DNA of 64,000 bases from Cyanophora paradoxa CCMP329 (taxonomy: Eukaryota > Plantae > Glaucophyta). Of the stretch, positions 57,081 through 64,000 are shown one piece after another; within the stretch, counting starts at the first letter, position 1, and every line of letters begins with the position of its first letter. Location: the NCBI GenBank assembly GCA_004431415.1, contig QPMI01000553.1, positions 291,441 through 355,440 on the forward strand, in the 5' to 3' direction. The notes under the pieces were generated by a model. That model had not been told where the DNA came from and did no database searches. It saw nothing but the letters and a program-made list of their open reading frames with translations. Made by a program: the position numbers and the translations under genes.

Positions 57081-57845
57081 AACACAAGCAATACTTCCGC
57101 TCTTGTAGTCAAGAGTGGAGGAGCCTACATTGGTGATGGAGCAATTGTGGTGGGGACTGTCACAGCAAATCAATTTAATGTGAATGGAACAAGTTCATTT
57201 ACAGGATTGATGACCTTCAATGGTGGTCTTTCAGGAAGTATTCAGTATGGAACTCTCACACTGTCAACAAGATTAACAACTCCTGAGAGTGACACAATTG
57301 CAGACACCAACTTTATTTACAAACGAAATGGAAGCGCAATTGTGACACTACAAAATATCCAAACAACACCATCAAACAGAGAGGCGATCGTATTTTCATC
57401 AGGAAGCTATCTAAAACGAAATGGTTGCCCCCGTTTTATGGCTTCTGTTATGGCTCCGAATGCAGCAGAAACAACAGTTTCAAAAGCAACCGGAACGAAT
57501 ATTCTATTTCCAGGAGTTCTTATCAACCATGGAAACAACTTCAATGGTTCAACATTAGGGAATTTTACCGCCCCTGTTGCAGGAAATTATTACTTCTGTT
57601 TCCAAGTGATTATCTCAACCACTACTGCATCTGAGATTGTTCTGAATCTTCGGAAAAATGGAGCAACATCAGAATATGAGGCAAGAGCAACTTTTGCTTC
57701 CTCAATGTCACGATTACCTATATCATATGAATGCATCATCAACCTTGCTGCAAATGATTGGATACGAATTTACAATAATTCCACTGCTGCAATCGTATAC
57801 ACCAATCGATCGCACTTTGGAGGAATGCTGATTAGCGCCACATAA
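57081..57845 (+). pseudogene. C1q-domain fibre, N-terminus missing
   Basis: SALVVKSGGAYIGDG begins directly after the insert; FTAPVAGNYYF C1q motif. Confidence 0.8.
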
Positions 57846-57867
57846 TATTGTTACTTTAAAGTAAAGA

Positions 57868-58888
57868 ATGTCTACACAGATTGCTGTTCCTGTTTTCTGT
57901 TATGCAGCCCAAAATTGCATCAACTCAACCACACAGTAACAGATGCAACCCTGGGTTTATTTGCACAGAATCCACAGGAGCGGATTCATTTTCTCAAAAT
58001 TCTGTGATCAGATGCAAAGAGATACGATGTGATCGCAATAATGGAAAGGTGAGAGCCACTGGTTTAATTGTGTCAAATAAGAACCAAGTCCAATCGGGAT
58101 CGATTGTATCAGATACAGCAATTTATGATGATGTGGGAGGGTTCATCACACCGAAAATTATTACTTTTGACAACACCATGAATAACTCTGCTCTTGTAGT
58201 AAGAAGTGGAGGAGCCTACATTGGAGATGGGGCAAGGGTTGATGGAACTCTTACAGCAAGTCAACTTGCTGTGACAGGGACAACCACTTTTACAGGAATG
58301 GTTACAGCAAATGGTGGAGTCTCAGTAGCAACCAATTCTCAACCCACCATTACTGCAACAACAAGATTAGTAACTCCTGAAATTGATACAGGAGGAAATG
58401 TTGATCTTGTGTTGAAGCGAAACAGCAATACAGTAGCAACACTTGAAGCCAATTCGTTAACAATTAATACAGGGTGTTATTTAAAGAACAGCTTCCAACC
58501 AAGGTTCTGCTTCCGATTGGGTTATAATCACACTGCAACTTCTTCGACCGCTCTCATTAATTGGGCAACCAATCTTGTTAATGTAACAGGATCCTTCACT
58601 GGATCATCAGGAAGATTTACAGCTCCTGTTGCTGGACATTATCGATTCTCAGTTTTTACCAACTCAACAACACAAAACCCAATTCAGCTTTTCTTCAAAT
58701 TGAATGATGCCGATCCTGGGGGCATTTCTCTTTCTGTTTCCAGCACAGGCACATTAATAGTCAGACCTCTTCAAATGTCCTGCATTCTCAATCTTGCAGC
58801 CAACGAATATGTAACTATTTGGACAACAAACCAGGGGACATATTCCTCTGCAACAACATTTTGTGGAGAGTTGATAAGTATTACATAA
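57868..58888 (+). CDS. C1q-domain fibre protein; two frameshifts in the first ~100 nt
   Basis: GRFTAPVAGHYRF...TFCGEL; the ATG at 57868 gives MSTQIAVPVFCYAA. Confidence 0.8.
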
Positions 58889-58909
58889 TTTTCTTTTGAT
58901 AGAGTAAGA

Positions 58910-59173
58910 ATGTCGAATATCTATCAAGTGGTTCTATCAGATACTGAAAAGTTGGGGATGGAATTTTGTGCTGCTTCTGTTCAGGATTGGATCGATAATG
59001 CTGCCCACAACAGGGCAAGAATTGCAATTGATGAGATTGTTCAGAAAGAAGTTCAATCTTGCATTGCAGTAGGAGTTCAAATACCAACCACAAAGGAAGC
59101 GATTGTGTTACAGGCATTCCAAAGGGGAACTGTTAAAAAGGCGATTGAATATAACAATTTCACAGAAGAGTAG
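58910..59173 (+). CDS. Small protein, possibly a fibre-associated chaperone
   Basis: QDWIDNAAHNRARIAIDEIV; directly follows the C1q fibres. Confidence 0.6.
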   Translation: MSNIYQVVLSDTEKLGMEFCAASVQDWIDNAAHNRARIAIDEIVQKEVQSCIAVGVQIPTTKEAIVLQAFQRGTVKKAIEYNNFTEE

Positions 59174-59211
59174 TGAACATTATTTTTCTTTCCTTCTTAG
59201 TAAAAGAAGCA

Positions 59212-60066
59212 ATGGGTGAATATAATCGAGTTCAACTTCCAATATATTCCCTTGGATCCCCTGCAATGCACTTTCGCCAGCATGAAGTTAATGATGAGGT
59301 TCGTGGTTTAGAATCCACAGAGAGACCCAATTCCAATGGTAACTCCTTTGATAAAAATTCGATTATTCGAGTTAAAGAGCTGAGAGCTGATAAGAATTCA
59401 GGTGTGGTTAAAACAACTCGACTTCTTGTCACCAATGCTAACTTTTTCCAGCCTACAAATGGAGGTCCTGATGCTTACAGTGTTGATCTGAAAGCCCTGG
59501 ATTTCGATAAGAATTCTGCTGCTGCTACAATTCGTTCAGGTGGAGCATTTATTGGTGGTGGCTGTCGAGTTTCAGGTCAACTTTCTTCATCAATTTCGTA
59601 TAATGATGTCCCAGATACTCTTGAACAGAATGTGGAGAACCCACAACGAATTCGGTTCTATACACCAGTTGCACAGCAACCTTTTCTGCATTTCTATGTT
59701 GCATCATCTGTCACTCTTGAAAATTCAGAATTGGTTTCCATTACAGGAACTGATCGAGTGAGAAGGAATATTCCTCTTCCCACAGCAATGCTCTCAATGT
59801 GCAGAGCAAATAATAACCAACAAGGTCACAATTACCTATTCTTTGTTCAAGCATCCAACCATTTTGGTCGGGGATATTGTGTTTATAACAATCTGACATT
59901 TACTTATGATTTGTTTGTCACTGAGGTTGGAGTTTACAATACTATGATTATGGGACTGAGAACAGATATAGCAGCTGTTTCAGCACTTCGTGGGGTAAAC
60001 ATTGCAGATATCTTCACAACAGGGTTTTACCAGGAACCAGATGTGATTGATAACCCAACCCCATAA
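59212..60066 (+). CDS. Fibre-family paralog (shared N-terminal domain)
   Basis: KELRADKNSGVVKTTRLLVTN...SGGAFIGGG. Confidence 0.75.
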   Translation: MGEYNRVQLPIYSLGSPAMHFRQHEVNDEVRGLESTERPNSNGNSFDKNSIIRVKELRADKNSGVVKTTRLLVTNANFFQPTNGGPDAYSVDLKALDFDKNSAAATIRSGGAFIGGGCRVSGQLSSSISYNDVPDTLEQNVENPQRIRFYTPVAQQPFLHFYVASSVTLENSELVSITGTDRVRRNIPLPTAMLSMCRANNNQQGHNYLFFVQASNHFGRGYCVYNNLTFTYDLFVTEVGVYNTMIMGLRTDIAAVSALRGVNIADIFTTGFYQEPDVIDNPTP

Positions 60067-60089
60067 ATTATATATCACTTTAATGTAAA

Positions 60090-60917
60090 ATGGCTGCCCC
60101 AGTAGAGCGAATTATTACACCCCAGCTATCATTAGCAGCACCTGCAAATCACGTTTTGCAGCATGCTACTTTTGATGATGTAGAAGGTCTCCAATCCACA
60201 GAAGTACAACCTACCATGAATACCTTTGGTTCCACCCATAAACTGAGATTGCAGGAACTCAGATGTGATAAAAATAATGGTATAGTTAAGACAACGAAAC
60301 TCCTTGTCACCAATGCAAACTTTTCTGCCCATTATGGAGACCCAGACAGTTATGGTGATCCTCTTTCTACTTATTCTTTTGAATCTCGGTCGGGAGCTAT
60401 TAACTGCAAAACGGGGGGAGCATATATTGGTGATGGTCTTCGGATTGGTGGAGCTGTGGGTGCGCCTCTTTTCGTAAATGATCAACCCAATCCCATTGAT
60501 CCCAACACCAGAATTCGCACCTATGTCCCCAGTATGAATGCACCATATATTATAAAGATCTTCCCAATTGTTGTGAATGAACAGACATCAGTAGTTGATT
60601 CTCTTGTTGAGATTGGTGACCACTACAAGGTGGTCGTGGATATTCCACCAGATGTTTATGCTGTCTGTCAAGTAGAGGGTGGAACCCCAAATATTGCAGT
60701 TGTAATCACTCCATATGACAATTTCGGGATTGCTTATCATGGAGTGAATTTCGGTCTTGAAGATTACCAGTTTTTGGTGAGAGCCACCAGATTTGGTATC
60801 TACAAATGCATTCTCTATGCTGAGAGAACCGATGCTATTGCAAGACAGAATACATATGCAGAATATTACGGCACAAATCGATACTTCCCCATTTTCGGGC
60901 AGGATACTGCTCCATAG
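60090..60917 (+). CDS. Fibre-family paralog (shared N-terminal domain)
   Basis: QELRCDKNNGIVKTTKLLVTN...TGGAYIGDG. Confidence 0.75.
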   Translation: MAAPVERIITPQLSLAAPANHVLQHATFDDVEGLQSTEVQPTMNTFGSTHKLRLQELRCDKNNGIVKTTKLLVTNANFSAHYGDPDSYGDPLSTYSFESRSGAINCKTGGAYIGDGLRIGGAVGAPLFVNDQPNPIDPNTRIRTYVPSMNAPYIIKIFPIVVNEQTSVVDSLVEIGDHYKVVVDIPPDVYAVCQVEGGTPNIAVVITPYDNFGIAYHGVNFGLEDYQFLVRATRFGIYKCILYAERTDAIARQNTYAEYYGTNRYFPIFGQDTAP

Positions 60918-60942
60918 AAATCTCAGGTATATATAGAGAGGA

Positions 60943-61215
60943 ATGGATGATAAAACAAAGAAATTCATAGAATCTGCAATGATGGTTCATGGTGATGCTA
61001 AATTCGATTACAGTGAGACAGTGTATAAGAAAGCACAAGAGAAGGTCTCTGTTAGATGCCTTAAATGCAACAAGATCCTCCAAACCTACCCATTTAATCA
61101 TGTAAGGGGAAGTGGATGCAGAGAGTGCAACAAGAAATCCTCTCATGCTTACAGAAAAAAGACTACATCAGGAATTGTGATAGATGATAAACCAGTGGTA
61201 CTGTACTTTGATTAG
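60943..61215 (+). CDS. DUF723-like Zn-ribbon DNA-binding protein
   Basis: FIESA..VHGD.KFDYS..VY.....KV...C..C.......NH..GSGC.EC. Confidence 0.7.
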   Translation: MDDKTKKFIESAMMVHGDAKFDYSETVYKKAQEKVSVRCLKCNKILQTYPFNHVRGSGCRECNKKSSHAYRKKTTSGIVIDDKPVVLYFD

Positions 61216-61401
61216 ATCTTTGAGAGAGAAATGAGAATCCTTCCCCATTTTCCCTTGGTGATTATGCATGTGTCAAAGCAGTTTGGACAGGTCTTGTGGT
61301 AGTGCAACAGAATGATATCCACCAACTCATAAGGTAGCACTCTTGCTAAGATGGTTCGCATTCTACCAATCGCGTTTTTAATTTTTCTAAATTATTCATA
61401 A

Positions 61402-61803
61402 ATGAATACTCATCGAGGCTTCCATGTGATGCTGGATTACAAATTCAGAACCCAATTAGCAGTAGGAGTGGAAGACTTGGAGACAACAACCAGGTGGTTA
61501 ATGCAGTTCTTGCAAACTATTATTCAAGAGCAAGGTATTCGAGTAGTTCACAAGCATTGCGAGATTTTCGATGGTGGTATTTCTCCTCCTGGTTTTGCAA
61601 TGGTTCTTCTGCTGGATGAGAGCCACTGCACTGCTCACTGTTACTCAAATGAAGGTATGTTGGCGATTGATATATTCAGTTGTGGATTAGAAGCAGAGAG
61701 AAAAACCACGAGAGTATCTCATGAGATAGATGAGAGAATAACAGGTGTGTTTTCAGGGTTGGAGAAATCGGAGAAACATAGAGTATTGCGATTTCCGAGT
61801 TAG
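61402..61803 (+). CDS. speD: S-adenosylmethionine decarboxylase proenzyme-like (prokaryotic class)
   Basis: G.HVMLD, LLDESHCTAHCY (E/S autocleavage site) and LAIDIFSCG. Confidence 0.85.
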   Translation: MNTHRGFHVMLDYKFRTQLAVGVEDLETTTRWLMQFLQTIIQEQGIRVVHKHCEIFDGGISPPGFAMVLLLDESHCTAHCYSNEGMLAIDIFSCGLEAERKTTRVSHEIDERITGVFSGLEKSEKHRVLRFPS

Positions 61804-63062
61804 TTGACACTGAGAAATTCAGAATTTCAGATGGTCTTACTGAAAATGGTCAGATAATCGGGTGTGACACCTATTTAATTGACTGTGACGCCTGTGACGC
61901 CTGTGACGCCTACTTTCAAACTTTTTAAAATTTTCAAAAATGACAGACTTCTGAAAACAGCCGTCACAGCCGTCACAGGCGTCACACCCAATTAAAAATG
62001 GAATCTCTTTCTCTTACTGAGATTTTCGAGAATATATTCTTGTCTTACTGCAATCCGTCTTGTGACACCTCTGACACCTCCAAAACACTATCCATTAATC
62101 AACCTTTTTGAAAATGCGAAGTTGTCTTACTGGAAATGGTCTGCAATTTCGCTGTGACACCTAATTTAATTGAGTGTGACGCCTGTGACGCCTGTGACAC
62201 CTACTTTCAAACTTTTTAAAATTTTCAAAAATGACAGACTTCTGAAAACAGGCGTCACAGCCGTCACAGGCGTCACAGACATTCTACCCCTCTTACTGAC
62301 TTTCTCAAAACAAATATATCTATTACTGAATATCATTTGAATACTACCTGTCACACTTGAATTCAATTATTCTGTTTTATAGAACATATGCAATCTAATC
62401 GATTGTTCAATTGGAGACCATGCAACTCTGTGACACTTTTTCGATCTAAAATATAAATCCGCAATCTCATCGATTGTTTAATTGGACATAATGCAGTTCC
62501 GATATATTCCAATAGAAAATCCCGCAATCTAATCGATTGTTTAATGGGAGATAATGCAACTCTGTGACACTTTTTCGGTGCAAAAATGTACATCAGCAAT
62601 CTCATCGATTGTTCAATTGGACACAATGCAACTCTGTGACACTTTTTGCGTTTTTCGATACAGAATGGGCGGTGGTCTACTTCAATACATGAGAGATATA
62701 TCGAGTTTATGCGAATTTATGCAATTTAATCGCAATTATATCGATCTTTAAGCAGTTTAATGTTAATCTATCGCAGATTTGTATGTAAACAACAAAGTAC
62801 ATAATCAATCGATATAAGATCAATTGAATCTATCGAAGTTTAATCGAAAATATGCATTTTGGTAAACGCATTTTCATTTTTAATACAAAATTTGCATTAT
62901 TTTATACAAAGTTTGCATAAAAAGTTTAAGAAATTAATCGAAAAATATGTATTTTAGTATTAAATTAACACATATTGAAAAACGAATTTAAATCCAGAGT
63001 GAATCGAGATCGCGAAGCGATCGAGATGAACGAGGGATTTAAATTCGTTTTTCAATATGTGT
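61708..63062 (-). repeat. Right terminal inverted repeat (1355 bp)
   Basis: Reverse complement of 49813-51168. Confidence 0.95.
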
Positions 63063-64000
63063 GGCGAGGGTCTTCGCCAGCCCCGCCGTCTCCGCCTCGA
63101 ACGCCCGCCAAGTCTCCGAGGCCTCCGCACCGGAGATCTGGCGGGCGCGGAATCCCGCCTCCAGCTCGGCGCGGAAGGCGAGGGTGCGCTGGAGGCGCTG
63201 GGCCCAGAGGGCCTGGCGCCGCTCCTCCGCCTCGCGCGCCTGGCGCGCCGCCAGCGCCTGCCGCTCGGCCTCCTGCTGGGCCCCGAAGCCCTGGATCGCG
63301 GAGAGGACGGCGCCGGGGCCGGGGACGGGCGCGGCGAAGGCGGCGGGGACGGGGCTGCGGTCGGCGAGGGAGAAGGGGACGGGGCTGGGGCCGGCGCTGC
63401 TGGAGGGGGCGGCCGAGGCCGAGCGCGCGCGCGAGCCCGAGGCCGAGCGCGAGCCCGAGCTGCCGTAGCCGCTGGGGCCGGCGCCGCCGTCCACGGGGCT
63501 GCTGCGGAAGCTGCCCGCGGGGGAGGCGCCCTCGCCCTGGCCCGAGGGTCAGGAGGGGGGCGGGGGAAAGGGGGGTACGGGGAGGGCGCGGGTGCGGGGC
63601 CGGACCTGGCGCGGCAGCATCTCGTCGATGCGCTGCTGGCCGGCGTGCTGCTGGGCGGCGGGGGCGAACGACGGGGGCGGGGGCGGGACGAAGCCGGGGG
63701 CCGAGTTGCGGGCGCGCTTGCCCTTGCCCCTGTTCGAGGCCGTGACGGGGAAGGGGCCGTTCTCCGGGTCCGCCGGCAGGGTGAAGCGGATGGCCTGCAG
63801 GGCCGGCTGCGTCGGGCCGAGGGAGAGCGGGGCCTTGGGGACGATGCCGCGGATGTAGGTCTCCCAGACGCCGCCGGCCTTGTAGGAGAAGAGGCGGCAC
63901 TTGGGGCCGAAGGCGGCGATGGTCTCGTCCAGCGCGCCGTTCTCGATGTCGGCGGCGAGGGCGGCGGAGGCGTCCGGGCCCTGCGCACGGCGGCGTCAGC
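63063..64000 (-). pseudogene. 5' part of the PLV-interrupted gene (continues beyond the window; probable frameshifts)
   Basis: ORF 63063-63494 joins in frame to 49663-49812. Further coding-like sequence (DIENGALDETIAAFGPKCRLFSYK) extends to the window edge. Confidence 0.65.

Larger units (their letters stand above)
49813..63062. mobile_element. AT-rich Polinton-like virus/virophage-like element, 13250 bp, with TIRs and a 6-bp TSD
   Basis: TSD GGCGAG at 49807-49812 and 63063-63068; termini ACACA...TGTGT; MCP, pentons and ATPase; sharp compositional shift. Confidence 0.95.
15990..64000. mobile_element. Endogenous mriyavirus-like (small Nucleocytoviricota-related) dsDNA virus; left boundary approximate, right end outside the window
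   Basis: Intronless, tightly packed ORFs include MCP, A32 ATPase, VLTF3, RuvC, probable SSB and two HUH proteins, with a shared upstream WTTTCT motif. The window switches abruptly from intron-rich host DNA to this organisation. Confidence 0.8.

Noticed and set aside
49813-63062. Calling the element a canonical Polinton or a Lavidaviridae virophage
   Set aside because: No pPolB, integrase or cysteine protease is visible, and the MCP type cannot be fixed without HMMs.

Overview
Eukaryotic (probably protist or algal) genomic DNA with three nested layers of viral sequence. (1) About 1-15.9 kb is host DNA: an intron-rich minus-strand gene with repeated REJ/PKD-like modules, low-complexity tracts and a ~155-bp satellite. 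(2) From about 16 kb to beyond 64 kb lies a GC-rich, intronless, gene-dense endogenous virus. It encodes a double-jelly-roll major capsid protein (MCP), A32-like ATPase, VLTF3, RuvC-like resolvase, probable SSB, two HUH endonuclease paralogs and FN3/C1q/fibre proteins, with no DNA polymerase in the window. This gene set fits the small nucleocytovirus relatives (Mriyaviricetes). (3) At 49813-63062 an AT-rich Polinton-like-virus (PLV)-type element is inserted into a gene of the GC-rich region. It has ~1.36-kb terminal inverted repeats (TIRs), a perfect 6-bp target-site duplication (TSD, GGCGAG) and 95-nt terminal hairpins. It encodes an MCP, two pentons, an ATPase, four fibre-like paralogs and a SAM decarboxylase, but no integrase or polymerase. 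Its fibre-like proteins share an N-terminal domain with a protein of the surrounding virus. (4) Inside the PLV, a GC-rich 1.6-kb insert bounded by AAAGGT direct repeats encodes a histone H3-tail-like peptide. The best candidate for a new system is a PLV parasitising or satelliting a mriyavirus-like virus. All family assignments are motif-based, made by eye, and need HMM or structure confirmation. Many single-base frameshifts may be long-read errors.
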